A DNA stretch of 63,853 bases, filler included, from Cystobasidiomycetes sp. EMM_F5 (GCA_051047955.1; 7 parts of 7 records of this genome joined end to end with filler, not necessarily neighbours in it); one strand, 5' to 3'. Numbered from the whole stretch's first letter, positions 13,156 to 25,330 are shown. Notes: a model not told the origin generated them from the letters alone. Made by a program: numbers and translations.

Positions 13156-13912
13156 TTCAGAAAGGCCAACAATGCTTCAAGGGGGCGTTTCCTTTGAAAC
13201 CAATTATATTATGCGACATTTCGGCATATTGCCGTAGGGAGCTCATCGCGCGTGTATACTCGAGCTCGAAGGTTCCACGATCGATATTGTGACCGATAAA
13301 CGTCTCAAAGTTGCTGTCTGTAGGTTGACAACACGGCTGCAAAGCGAATACTATAGAGCCGACCAATCTACGTTTCGAATCCGCGACAACGTTACAGGGC
13401 AGCAAAAGCTTTGCCGTGAGAACCTTTGTATTCTTCGCCAGGAATATTCTCCGCTTCGTCAAGCTCCAGCAGACTTTCCCTGATGACCTCAACGACCCTC
13501 CGCAAATCCTCCTCGCTGATCACTAATGGTGGAGCTAGCCGGATACTGGAAATGGTCAAGTATTTAGCTCTACCAGTCATCCAGCGGAGTTTGAGGAGAC
13601 ATACGTATGAACGTGCGTTGGCTTTGCAAGCACGCCTTTGCTCGCCATAAGGAGACAGAGATCCCACGCTGAACGGCCTTTACGACTTTTACGGCTCGGA
13701 TCCATGTCGATAGCACAAAACAAGCCCTTTGCGCGAATATTGCTGATCCAGCCTCCCTTTCCGTGCAAATCCGCGCCGACAAGCTTCAAAGTCTCGAGGT
13801 CCTTAGCGAAAGTCGCACCAACGCGCGCAGCTCGTTCGGACAGGTGTTCATCAACCAGCACATCTAGCGCCGCTATTGCAGTGGCGCAAGCTAACGGATT
13901 ACCTGTTCACAT
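13156..13912 (+). repeat. Direct segmental duplicate of about 688-1432 (offset about 12.48 kb)
   Basis: Line-by-line match. Near-identical from about 800/13280 onward, clearly more diverged over about 690-800. Confidence 0.9.
13392..13912 (-). CDS. CAR2: Ornithine aminotransferase, 3' part (cut by contig end)
   Basis: GNPLACATAIAALDVL...IRAKGLFCAI...LAKPTHVHT/IRLAPPLVISEEDL. Near-identical to 912-1432. Confidence 0.8.
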
Positions 13913-14012
13913 NNNNNNNNNNNNNNNNNNNNNNNNNNNNNNNNNNNNNNNNNNNNTTAATTAATTAANNNNNNNNNNNNNNNNNNNNNNNNNNNNNNNN
14001 NNNNNNNNNNNN
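13913..14012. other. Artificial contig spacer N44-TTAATTAATTAA-N44
   Basis: Six-frame-stop linker. Identical spacers at 23226-23325, 32539-32638, 41456-41555, 49376-49475 and 56934-57033. Confidence 0.98.
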
Positions 14013-14274
14013 AAGCTGGGCAAGTTGCAGGTGTTGCTCGCGTACAGGAAACACAATGGTGCGAGGGGCGAGATCCGTTTGACGTGCGCTGCATGCCGGG
14101 GGTCATCTGAGCGACAAAGATTCGTCCTAAAGCTTTCAGGACAGCCAAAGGAGAGTCTGATTCGTGGAGAGACAAGGTATTCGCTCGTTCTTGCTGGCAG
14201 TGTGGATAGGTAGTGCAGTGGAGGGAGTGAAAACAGATTACAAAGCGATGTAGACACTGTTGGCCTCCGCACGT

Positions 14275-14545
14275 TCAATCGATTATTCCAAGTTCCAGGT
14301 ATGTGCGAACCGAAGTCGTATCGCTGATGATGGGACTCCCGACGCCCCCTTCCGTGCTGACGACCGTAGTAAGCGTTGTGGTGGAGGCCTGATGTTATTC
14401 AAGCTGTAAGAGTGGTGTCGGTAGTGTATACGCGGAGGATCGAGGCTGTATACACGGTTACAGTTGTAGTAGTCGTTAAAGCGCGGGCGGCAATCTCTGC
14501 CATGCCAAGGCTTGCGACAACTACGATTATAGTTGGGTTGGGCAT
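14275..14545 (-). pseudogene. Degenerate third paralog of the Thr-rich small secreted protein family
   Basis: MPNPTIIVVVASLGMAEIAARALTTTTTVTVYTASILRVYTTDTTLTA* (TGA at 14399-14401), then frameshifted TTTLTTVVSTEGGVGSPIISDTTSVRTYLEL. Confidence 0.7.
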
Positions 14546-14929
14546 AATGAGGAGAGACTGGCTGAATCACGACGATATCTTGCTGTTTGTGGGATATGGC
14601 TGTTGATGAAGGTCGATGGTTTGGAATGCAAGCCGAAATGGTGGCTGGGCGCGAGCTCTGGCTGGAGAGGCTGCGCTCCCGAGGGCGTGCCCCTAAGGTC
14701 AGCAGATCCGATTTTCGCATGCAACCCGCGCTTCAGGCGCGAGTGCGAGCCCACGAGATTTTACAGGCGCACCTTGCAGCGCTTGAGAGTGGACAAAGAA
14801 AGCGTCATTGCAAATCAGTTCGTGGCAGCACTCGATTTGACTACGGAACAGGCCGGGTAGAATCAAGAACAGACGCGGCGCAATGATTGATGATATACAT
14901 AGAACGATGGCAGGCACAATTAGGCACGA

Positions 14930-15205
14930 CTAGGAGCTGAGGTCCTCGTATTCGTAGACGTAGGTTGTATCGCCGACCATGGCACTGCCGACCCCTTCCT
15001 CCCTGCTAAAGATCGTAGTAACTGTTGCAGTGGGAACAACTCCTGCCGATTCCGACGCAACAAGGGTGGCTTCGGTTGTATATACTCGAAGAGTGGATGA
15101 TGTGTATGAGGTTACGGGAAATATCGTAGTTGTTGTGACCATGCGGGCAGCGGCTCCCGACATGCAAAAGCTTGCAGCAAGTATGATAGCATCTGAGGTG
15201 CGCAT
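14930..15205 (-). CDS. Small secreted Thr/Val-rich protein (91 aa), intronless
   Basis: Signal peptide MRTSDAIILAASFCMSGAAA. Shares RMVTTT, SSTLRVYTT, VPTATVTT, EGVG and YxYEDLS with 15872-16147. Confidence 0.75.
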   Translation of the reverse strand: MRTSDAIILAASFCMSGAAARMVTTTTIFPVTSYTSSTLRVYTTEATLVASESAGVVPTATVTTIFSREEGVGSAMVGDTTYVYEYEDLSS

Positions 15206-15871
15206 AGTGTGAGGATGCAATGAGGAGAGAGTCTGCTTTTTGCTGACGTGTAGGTAGAGTGAGTGAAAGCAGAAGAGAGGACAAACACAATCTATGGCAG
15301 AAAAGCGCCGTCCTCGGGAGGCCGTGCTCCAACGGCGTGCATCCGAGATCACCAGATCCAGTCTACGCATCACACCCGAAGTGCTGTAGCACAGTCTGAC
15401 CGATCTGGCTTGAGCACGCTGTGGGAAGCACGCGGCGGCTTGGGACTTATTCCCGCATACCGTTTGCCGACACGCAGTAACTTGTGGCATTACTGGAATC
15501 GGACAGTGACTCTGCGGGCTGCGATCAGAAGGCGTGGATATAGAAGACGGAAGTCAAGGCCGGTTGAGGCTGGAGCTGCAAAGAAACATGCCTGTCTCGC
15601 TGCAGACGATGAGCGGTCATTATAGACTTGCTTCAGACCGTTAGAATGGATTACAATGACACCACTATAGCGTTTGAAGTAGCATCTGCCGACTTGACGT
15701 TGCGCATTAGTCAGATACAGCAAGAAGTCTGGTTAGAGATTTTCCATGACATTTGCTCGGCGGTGGCGGCGACCGTAAACATGTGCATCACGGGTAGGAA
15801 ACAACACACACACAATGAAGGGGTAGTGGCACTTTACGGACGCCCGCCTTGCATGTTGCAAGGATGCATAG

Positions 15872-16147
15872 TTATCCGCTAAGATCCTCGTATGCGTAGG
15901 TTTCGGTGACGGCACTCATGCTGGGATTACCGACACCCTCTGACTTGCTGACGACTGTAGTGACTGTTGCTGTCGGCACAGGGCCTGATGACCCCGAAGC
16001 GACAAGTGTGGTTTGGGTTGTATACACGCGCAGAGTCGAAGAGGCATAGACGGGGACTTTGTAGACAGCGGTAGTGGTCACCATGCGACTAGCACACACT
16101 TGCGTACCGGCGCACGCAGCGAGTAGGAGGGCGATTGATGCGCGCAT
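15872..16147 (-). CDS. Small secreted Thr/Val-rich protein (91 aa), paralog
   Basis: Signal peptide MRASIALLLAACAGTQVCA; colinear with 14930-15205. Confidence 0.78.
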   Translation of the reverse strand: MRASIALLLAACAGTQVCASRMVTTTAVYKVPVYASSTLRVYTTQTTLVASGSSGPVPTATVTTVVSKSEGVGNPSMSAVTETYAYEDLSG

Positions 16148-16706
16148 AGTGACGATGTTGCCGGATGGAGCTGTATTGTTCAGGCACCGCTGACGATTTG
16201 GTAGGTACAGTATGAAGTTTGGAGCGGAGCGGAGTGACGACAGGAGCGCGAAAGATAGGAGCTTCGAGACGAATATTGCAACATATGTCTTGGCATCGCC
16301 CGATACGGCATCTACCCAGTGACGCTCATCTGACCTGCGCGGGATCAGGCCTGTAAGAAGGGAGCCGTCCGACCGTAGACGGGTGTCGGTGGTATACCGA
16401 TACTTTCGGAGTAAGATGCGAGAGATTGACAGTGATTCCGCCGCTTATCGGTCTGCGAGTGCAGGTCGTTGTACCAGCGCATTTCCGAGGGCATCTGCAT
16501 GGTGTACAGCAGCAGCCAGATTCCGACGAGAATGGCAGGCCTCGGAGAAGCTAGACCTAAGAAGCAACGCATGAAGGTGCTCAGCATTGTCAGCAAACGT
16601 GGGACGCGCCGCTACGAGCGACGATAGCTGTCTGCTCGATCAGAGGTTACAGCGTCTCCACCAGCACACGTTTCCGCTGGTATCCTGCACAGTCAGCTAG
16701 TAAGCC

Positions 16707-17375
16707 ATGGCCAGTCGTCAGCTCGTCATCAAGACTGGCGTCGTCAAGCGGTGAGTGCATGTCCAGGATGCCCTCTGGTGTATTCGACGTGCTGACGTGC
16801 TGGCGTTTCCATTGTCGGTCATCGAAATGGGCGATAATTGAATCAATAATGATGATGATGTTCCCTTCCTGCCTCTTCATGATCTCCCAAATACTTGCTG
16901 TCCTTCCACTCCACATCCAGACTCGTCGCTGAGCTTGCGGCGTATGAAAAGGAAGCCCAGGACAGGCTCGCAGACCTAGACAGAATCAATGGCAGCGATG
17001 CTGACGCGGCTGACAAGAGGCAAGCGGTGAGCGATGACGTTTCATGTGCGCTGGCCATAGTCCCGCTGATGGTCGTGTTATGACGGTAGGAACGGATACA
17101 CGCAGACTCTGCCCGTATGATCCCAGACACGACCAAGCGTCTGCAGAAAGCGGGCGAGGAATTGCGAGATTTGCTGGTGAGGGCGTACATTTTGTACTTC
17201 ATTACCAAGCTGATGGCTTCGCCAGACTGGACACAGCGCAGACTTGGCAGACTCGAAAGAACTCAAAGACGCGCAGGATGTACTTGCAAAGTATGATAGC
17301 CTAGGCAGTACAGCTTCAAAAGGACAGCAGGAAACTCTCATCAACGGACACAACCCGTCCGCAGGAGACTACTAG
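16707..17375 (+). CDS. RBL2: Tubulin-binding cofactor A (TBCA/Rbl2), 4 exons
   Basis: MASRQLVIKTGVVKR/LVAELAAYEKEA...DKRQA/ERILADSARMIPDTTKRLQKAGEELRDLL/TGHSADL...GDY*, with GT-AG introns. Confidence 0.85.
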
Positions 17376-18879
17376 GGTTTGGCCATGTCAACAAAATCCA
17401 CGTCTGCTTTGCTGTCCACATCGCTTCTTGACTGCAGCTCCACGTAAACGCGCGGCGGGAAAAGTAGGACTGGCTGCTTTTCTGCCTCCGATGGTCTTGA
17501 CTCATCCTTCGTTGTCTGCTGGCGAGTCGTCCGTACAATGATGCCGTTGTATCTGCTCCCTGTAGGCGTTGTCGACCCGCTCACAACTTCGTATCTCGTG
17601 CCGTTGTCAGTTGACGACAATTTCTTCAAGGCATTGTCAGACGTGCGAGAGCGCCATAGTGTTGGAAGATCCGTCTTGACTACCGCAACGAGTCCTGACG
17701 AGCGCGATCCCGACGGAATGAAATGGCCCGAATCTAGAGGAGATACCATGTCGTCAGAACATCCGTGTATTTTGCACACCGGCTTTTCGCGTGTGATGAA
17801 GAAGAGTGTCACGCAATTGATGACAACTGTGGATGCATCAAGATTAGCCTGCGCAGCATTTGCAGTTCCGCATCAGGGGTCGCTTGCCATCGGACACGCA
17901 TGATGTGAGGCACACAAAGCTTAGCTGATGGCCATTTGTGAGCGTGATGCCAAGAACGTTCAGGAATGTCGTCACCAGTGCTACACTGGAAGCAAAGAGA
18001 CTTGATCTAGCCAATTTGCGCGTCTGCCCGCCCACGCCAGATACGAGCGGCAATGAAAATCCGACGATCAAGTATAAGTTTAGAGGAACGTCAATGGCTA
18101 GGACAGGAACTGTCAGCAGAAGACTGTTAGTCTATTTTAGTGCCGGTTCTGCTTTGTATAACTGACCGGATGCCCATTTCTGAATACCGATATGGCACAT
18201 GCCACTCGCGCTGATGCTGTCGCTGCGTCCGATGATGAACACGATGAACATTACAACACCCCAGATATTGAGAGCGGCAGCGCCCGTCATGAACCACCGG
18301 CTTCTTAAGCGATCCTTCCAAGTAAGTCCGATGAGATCGTTTGCTGAGTGTACAATGAAGACTGTGAGATTAGTCGTCAGTATCGACAGGAAGTTGGATC
18401 GAAGCGATAGCACCCACGCCTCTCAACTGGAAGAACCAGAAATTGGCATCAAGGGCCATCTTAGTCAGGCAGTATCGTTAGGCGTTTAGTGCACTCACGG
18501 AGAAACCCTGTGACGGCAGGAGCATTCAGCAATCATCTGGTCAAGGAAGAGAATGCAATGACCAACCATAAACAAAGATCTTGCTTGAACAGTAGAGCAC
18601 GATACACAGCAGGATGCCCGCTTCACAGGCAGCACCGCTCACAATCGTCCCTACTCCAAAGAGCAAGATTGATGCTGCGAACGTGAACAGCCACGAATCG
18701 AGCAACGCCAGGAAGAAGAACTTCCGCGCGAGGGAACACTGTCTCGCAAAGAATTGCCTAGGTGAACCGATAGAGGCGGCACGCGATCCGAGCAACAGAG
18801 TGAGCACGACCAGTATGGTCAGAAAGTAAACGCAGACCAGTGGTCTTGTCCAGTCGTTGTCCGGCCATCCTCCGGTCAT
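17372..18879 (-). CDS. Uncharacterised fungal multi-pass (6-7 TM, GPCR-like) membrane protein
   Basis: Serial hydrophobic exons (LALLDSWLFTFAASILLFGVG...CEAGILLCIVLYCSSKIFVY; CHIGIQKWAS; SSVALVTTFLNVLGITLTNGHQLSFVCLTSCVSD) and a polar cytoplasmic tail. Confidence 0.7.
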
Positions 18880-20121
18880 AAGTTCTGAAGTGCCGCGCTG
18901 TCAGTACTTTGACCAGCAAGATAGACAGCGACGTATAGTGTGAGGTTTTGGGAAGGTCTTAACGGCAGCACAATATGGAACAGAGCGTATGTAGATCAGT
19001 TCACGCTTCCTCATCAATGGCTGCCTTTCGTCATGAGAATGTCCATGAAAACGTAATTGCTTCGGACCTAGCCCTTCTTTACAAACCTTAGCATGTAACC
19101 GGTAGCAACTATAAAGACTCGGTCACAGTCTGGCTTAGGCAGAGCCGTTGTATGAGGAATACTGCACATTGGGCCTTCAAAGGACAGAGACCTGTCCGCT
19201 TTAGGTAGGCTATTGAATAGAGTTCAGGCGGGCATCAACATCATTTGCAGGTTAGACGAGGTCAGCGCGACCAGCAAACGAAGTGAGCTGATGTAGATGC
19301 AGTCGTGTCGAGCGTGGGCGGGGTACATGCGGGGGTACATCTTGTGATGCAACCGCAGATGATCTCGCGGGAGCATTCGAAAGCGAACCGTCTCAATTCT
19401 TTTTCGGACGAGCGACGGCAATGAACGTCGTTGAGCACACTGGCAGAATCTAATTGGTGTCGCTGAGGAGTCCTGTTGCGCTGCGCTGCTGACTTTGAGC
19501 AGACCTGATACTGCTGCCGGAATCGTCAAAGGCGGTACTGCGACTCTGCTGGTCGACGCAGATTCGCTGGGCGAGCATGCTGTTGCTTGACCATTCTGCA
19601 AGACTGCTGGTGTTGCCCGACATCTTCTCGGTATGACCATGTCGAGCATGAACATTCGCAAAAAGGCAAAGAAGCAAACACGCATGGTTTGGCTACAGGT
19701 CACGAGTGACGTTCGAGAACAAGGCTTGCCCAACCGATTCGGGTCTGGCTACATCATGGATTGAGGTTGCTTATCCTCGGCGGCTGGTGTCACTCCATAG
19801 ACTGCTTTTAAAAGTACATGGACCAGCAGGATGAAATGGATTTTGAAGCCAAGTGTGGTGTCGGATCAGTGCAAGGGAGTGCCCTCAAGATAAAACAAGT
19901 CGTCCTGCCCCTATCTGGGGAGTCTTGTTGGAAAGAGGCGCCATATAAGCATTTTCACCCTTCTTGCACGCAGTTGATGACATTTCATTGGCCGAAGTAA
20001 GGCCCGCGCGTCGTTGAATGTGTTCCACACATCTGGACTACAAGTCTCTGACCGTTTTTCGACCAATAGGGCGGACATCGGCGGTTTGTTCTTGGTTGGA
20101 GTAGCGTCGAAGAATGATCCC

Positions 20122-21195
20122 TTACTTTTCGGATGATGCCGATGTGCTCTTGGCTCGTTCTGCAAAGTCTCGCAAGGCTTCCGCTTTCTCGCCTTCACCG
20201 TTATGGTCATCTGCAACTGCCTGGTAGATCTTTGCCAATCCGCGATACTGATCGCCAGTGTCGTGTCCTAGATTCGTGTCCACGTACGAGGCAATTTCTT
20301 CCATCTCTCCCACAAAGCGGTATGCTTTGCTGATACAGCCCGGAACGGTACGGGAGATGGAAGCCAGGAAAGCCGGCTGTGATTCCGACAACTCCTGCAG
20401 CAGAGCTTCTGCAGTGGCCGGTGACTGTTTGGATGCAGCTGTTGATAGTTATTGTTCAGTTTCGTTACCTTGTGATCCCCGCTCATCTAGGCGTACCGAG
20501 AATCATCGAAACAGCCAATCCTGTGAAGCCTTTGGTGAGACCTGCGTATGACAGCTTCAGAGCACTAGCTGCGCCATCGCCTTGACTATCCAGGATGCGT
20601 AGCTTCAAGCCTTTCCCGTTGTGCGATAGTTTCTCCCGAACGTGTTCGGTAGCTTCATGGTTCTTGCCTGACAGATAGATTGTAGGCTGATAGGAGTCTT
20701 TCGGCGGGCCCTGACAAGATCAAGAGTGTCAATGCGGTATGCGGATCAATCAACAAGACAGGCATTCACCCCGATAACACAACCATCCACATATCGAAAC
20801 TTGGGCTTGACGATGCCGGCAATCCGCTTGCTCGATTCGGGCGACACTGCATTGAGGTCGCAGTAGATGGGTGGATCGAGAGCATCTGCGGAGAATGATG
20901 TCTTGGGCGATGAAGATAGAGCGGCTGCTTCGTCCAAGGATGTGACGACCTCAACGAGCTTCTGAGCCAGCGCAACCGCTTCACTCGGAGGGACGACGGA
21001 AAGGATTATGGAACAATCGTTGACGACGCTCGCGAGTGTGCAGTCGTGCATCCCAGCCTCGCTGGCTCGTTGACGCGTGGAAGCTGAGCGGCCGTCGAGA
21101 TAGGTCAGTACCCGAATATCGCCAGTTGCAGTTAAGTGCTGGGCAATCCCAGAGCCCATTGCTCCTGCGCTGATGATGCCAATGGTCAGGGTCAT
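20122..21195 (-). CDS. NAD(P)-binding 6-phosphogluconate dehydrogenase-like protein (DUF1932-type C-terminus)
   Basis: TIGIISAGAMGSGIA Rossmann motif; YCDLNAVSP; YVDGCVIG; ASALKLSYAGLTKG; KAYRFVGEMEEIA. Confidence 0.85.
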
Positions 21196-21488
21196 GGTGC
21201 TGATAGCGCCCAATTGTGCTTCGAGTTGCACCGAATCAAGGTTACTTCGAATCAAGGTTACTATCTTATCAGATAACTAATTGAGCGTCTGAAGAAGTTC
21301 AGAGCTACTGATTGACGACTATACGGCAAGTACAAACTATTGCGTCTACAGATGTTCGCCAGACTAACACTTGCAGGCCGTGATGCTCACATGACAGTCT
21401 CCAGCGAGGTCCGCAAAGCCTCATCCCTTAATTGTTTCCCTCCGTGGCATGAGTGACCATTGATGGACGCAACTGGATTTGTCGTCGC

Positions 21489-23225
21489 TAATCTCTGGGA
21501 GGGAAAATCAGGCTTGTGAGCAGGGTTGACGATGTTTGGCCTCCGGACAGCAACATCTCCCGCCAGACTGTCGTACGAGCAACAAATCCCTGTCAGCCAT
21601 AAGCCGGCCTAATGGTTTCACGGTGCTCACACATCGAATGCTTGAAGATGAGGTCGTATCTTTTCGAGCCATGCCACTGGCCGACGCGCTCGCGATGCGT
21701 GCTCCACTTGAACGCGAGCTCTCGGACCATACACCCTGGCAGCGTGGTCTGCTGCGTAAGGTAGGTACGGATCCTCTCCATTTGCAAACCGTATGTAATC
21801 AATGCCAATTGCTTTGCCAAGTTCGGCTTCCTCCTCGCTAAGGACATCTCGCATACACCCTGCCCCGCATAACGGTCAGCCGACATGAAGAAGGAACAGC
21901 AAGCATACGAACCGAAAGCAAACATGTAGTCCATCGAATGATGAGCGAATTTACCACGACCCCACGCATTGTCCCCTGTACCGAGGCAGATATTAGCTTG
22001 ATTCTCGCCCCGACTGTCATCGCACATACATTCTGAACAATGATCCCAATGATACACGAAGAAGTTATTTGACCGATGGTTGTTGGCACTGTAATATGCC
22101 GGCGCAAAGAAAGCGATGTCCGAGACCAGAGCTTCAGCAGCCAGAAAATGCTCTTCCGATGTCATGTGCTCCGTTATAGCATACTGCGACAGCGTGTCGC
22201 TTACAATCTCTTCAGGCAGATGCTTGTCGATCATTGCAATCAACTCGTACGTGCAGAGCTTTTCCTGTACGAGCTCTGGCATGAAGATGATGCCTTCATC
22301 TATGAGTATGGTGATGTAATTTCGCATTTCAGCAAAAGAATGAAGAGGAGGCATTCGGCTCTTACGACGGCAGTCTCCCATCATTATCCGGCCTTTGAAG
22401 TCGTATCGTAGGCTCGGATACTCGCACAGCCGAGGAATGCGCTTGCCTTCGCCCAACAAGAAGCCATCATCGCACGGCGAGAAGGCAGCCACGCTGACAC
22501 CGTTTTGGAGAGGACTGGTGCATGCGGACAGATAGTCTGACGGTATGCGCCTCAATGCGGCCAATCGTTGAGCAGGCGGCAGATTGGTGTCTATGTCGCA
22601 GATCCTGAGCAGCTTATTGTAGATAACCTCGTACTCCTCCTCGGTGTAGATACCGCAAACAGGCAGCATCCCGCTCATGAGGATAACATTTTGGAACAGG
22701 ACATGGTCCGCCTTAGTCTGCAGTAACACATCTGCACTGGCGCCGCCGGCGCTTTGACCGAATACTGTCACATTGGCTGGATCCCCGTTAAAACTAGCGA
22801 TATGCCTGTTGAGCCAGCTTAGAGCATTCCGGATGTCCCTGACAGTTTGATCTCCTTTAGCGCAGGCCACATAGCGAAGCTGCAACTATCAACGTACCAT
22901 AATCCCCAATTCCCGTTGAGCTCTCCGCCATTATCGGTCTTTATGTCGGCACTGGCCAAGAATCCGTAGAACCCCACACGAAAGTTGAGATTGACGATGA
23001 TGGTCGGTCTCTCAATTTCGCTGGACAAGCTTGCCAAAGGTCGACCATCTACTATGGAGTCTGTGTTGCCACAAAGGAGAAGCGATGCATCGTCGTTAAC
23101 TACATTTTACAGACGCCGGACCAGTGCATCTCTTACAGTTAGCAGAGCCCCATGTAAAAGCACCACCGTGAATGTAGACCAATACAGGAAGGCTCTTCTC
23201 AGCATGCTCGCCTGGCGGAACGACA
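21489..23225 (-). CDS. Type-B carboxylesterase (alpha/beta hydrolase), 5' end lost at contig edge; 3' end approximate
   Basis: VLVYIHGGAF; IIVNLNFRVGFYGFLAS; GNWGLW; FNGDPANVTVFGQSAGG (GxSxG); AHHSMD. Confidence 0.85.
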
Positions 23226-23325
23226 NNNNNNNNNNNNNNNNNNNNNNNNNNNNNNNNNNNNNNNNNNNNTTAATTAATTAANNNNNNNNNNNNNNNNNNN
23301 NNNNNNNNNNNNNNNNNNNNNNNNN

Positions 23326-23379
23326 ACCTGAAGTCCGAAGAAGCCCGAAGTGGAGACTTCGGTGGGAGCTCGGCTCACA
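23326..23379 (-). repeat. Start of the 3' LTR of element 1 (TGTGAGCCGAGCTC...)
   Basis: Begins TG immediately after the PPT on the minus strand; matches the solo LTR end at 527-576. Confidence 0.8.
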
Positions 23380-23390
23380 TTCCATCCCCC
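23380..23390 (-). other. Polypurine tract GGGGGATGGAA of element 1
   Basis: Purine run abutting the LTR TG. Confidence 0.75.
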
Positions 23391-23655
23391 TAGAAAAGCT
23401 GAGTCCATATGACGAAAGCGTATGTGTGTAAACGTGTATATAGACCAGTTTCAGAGCTGTAGAAGCACTTTGGAAGTCACCGTATTACGTCCGTTGAACG
23501 GTTGTAGACTCCGAAGTGGCACGATCGTACTTCGAGAACAAAAAATTTTTGTCCGAAGTGGCGGAGGCGGGTTGTTTAACAACAACAACACCAACAGCAA
23601 CAGTGAGTTGTGTTTCGGTTTGTGTCGACTTCGTTGTGCTGACACTTCGTGGCAG

Positions 23656-25330
23656 ATGGCTCCATCCAAGCGACAATTTGCACAGGCTGCGGCCTCCAAC
23701 ACCGAGATGCGATTGCCAGGTCGCATAACAAGATCTGGTGCTTCTAGGAATCTGGAAGTGCCAATGGCGACTGTGAGTTCATTTTGTCAACTTCAAGCTT
23801 GCGCTGAAGTGGGTTCGCAGGGACCGTTTTCCGGTTCCGGCAGTCCTCGCGGCAGCTCGCCTGCGTCGACGATTGAAGAAGCACCGGAGGCTTCGCAGAC
23901 CTTGCAGGAGGCTGCAGCACCGGGTGCTGTCGAAGAAGCGGCTGGTCCAGCTGAGATTGGCGAAAAAGGGACCGAAGTAGGTTCCGAAGTGGCCGAAGTG
24001 CCTGCCGAAGTAGGAACCGAACTGGTTCCCGAAGTAGCTGGTGGACCGGCTGTTGAAGGAGAGGCGGCCGCCAACGACGTTCTGGATATAGCAGATCAAG
24101 ACGTCAACAACGTTGAGGCTGGCGAGCCGATTCATCACGCCGAAGATGCCGGCCTGCAGCTGGCTCAGCAAGAGGAGCAGGCGCCTGGCGGTGAACTGCC
24201 AGAGGAGGATATGCAGGGCCTCCAGATTCTGCTGGGCGGCGTCGTCATTCCAGGCGCAGCGGCGCTCGGTCCGGGACCAGCTCGCATAGTGGCTGGCAAG
24301 AGGGTCGACGGGGCCAGGTGCTCCAGGTGCCTCAAAACCGGAGTGCCAGAGCGCCTCTGCTTCCCGAAGGCTCCAACAGCGCCTAAGGGCTTTGCCAACG
24401 CACCGGCATGTTGCATGCGTTGCTCTTTGAAAAAGGAGGGCAAGCAATGCGAAAGTAGGTCCGAACTCGAGCAATACCAAGTATTAGCTGACGTTTGTTT
24501 CAGATCCACCTACTTGGGGTGACGGCGAGTTCGGCGCCGCAGCGTACAAGCTTGTGCGCGAGGAACTGGTGCAGTTCCTCAGTGAGTTTGACTTTGACTT
24601 CGGGCTGCGAAGTGGATCCGAAGTTGATCCGAAGTGGCCCGAAGTGGGTCGAAGTACGCGAAGTGACCCAAACTGATGTACTTTCGTCTTCTAGAGCCCG
24701 CGACAGATGCTGAGGGAGGTGCCAACGCGCCCGAAGCAAGCGGATCGACAGCCGTGAGGCGCCAATCAGGTGAGTAGTTGTACTTCGGTCGCGGAAGCTG
24801 AAGCTAAAGATGAAATTAGTTCCTCGACGAAAGTCGACTACGCCGGCTACACAAGTAGTCGCAACTCATCGCCCGGCTGGATGGAAGAAGGGCAAGAAGA
24901 GGGCCGCTCGACAGTCCGACGACGAAGAGGAGCAGCAAGAAGAAGAAGCTTCTTCGGAGGCAGGCAAGGAGTATGATGAGGACCTCGCTCCTCTAGGCGT
25001 CGGACCCAAGACTGGGGCACAGGGAAGGAAGCGACCCCGGATGGGCTTTGTCCCGAATGCACCTCGCCCTGGTGGGCCGGCCCGTCTCGCCCAAGAGAAG
25101 TGGTCGTCACGCGGACCGCAAAATACGTCCATGACAACGAACTGGTGTCGGCCGGGTTTAGTAGGGCCGCACCTAATACCGAAATGGAAATGGCCACCGC
25201 CTTGCAAGTCTTGGCAGACGAGCGAAGCTTCACTGGCGATGCCATTTTGCTCCAGGTTCTATCTCGAGGACTGAAAGCGGCGTGGGACGAATTCTGGCGC
25301 CTTTGGGAAGGCATGAGTCAACCCGAGTAA
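23656..25330 (+). CDS. Antisense accessory gene of element 1; spliced, acidic low-complexity protein with Zn2Cys6-like motif
   Basis: Introns 23773-23820, 24455-24503, 24582-24694 and 24770-24819 (plus 23603-23655 before the ATG) have GTRAGT/GTAGGT donors, branch-like CTRA sites and YAG acceptors. They join an open frame ending at 25274; a frameshifted alternative tail ends at 25330. Motif C-x2-C-x9-C-x17-C-x2-C-x8-C; basic NLS-like KKGKKR and RKRPR. Confidence 0.75.

Noticed and set aside
13913..14012. TTAATTAATTAA palindrome recurring six times inside N runs
   Set aside because: Artificial six-frame-stop linker. Contig lengths descend (9213, 9213, 8817, 7820, 7458), so adjacency across spacers is meaningless.
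19224..20000. ORFs between the membrane-protein and dehydrogenase genes
   Set aside because: No recognisable motifs or consistent splice pattern.
23422..24522. 366-aa ORF as an env-like gene or as the true protein
   Set aside because: It is antisense to gag-pol, has no signal or TM segment, and reads through introns; the spliced model from 23656 fits better.
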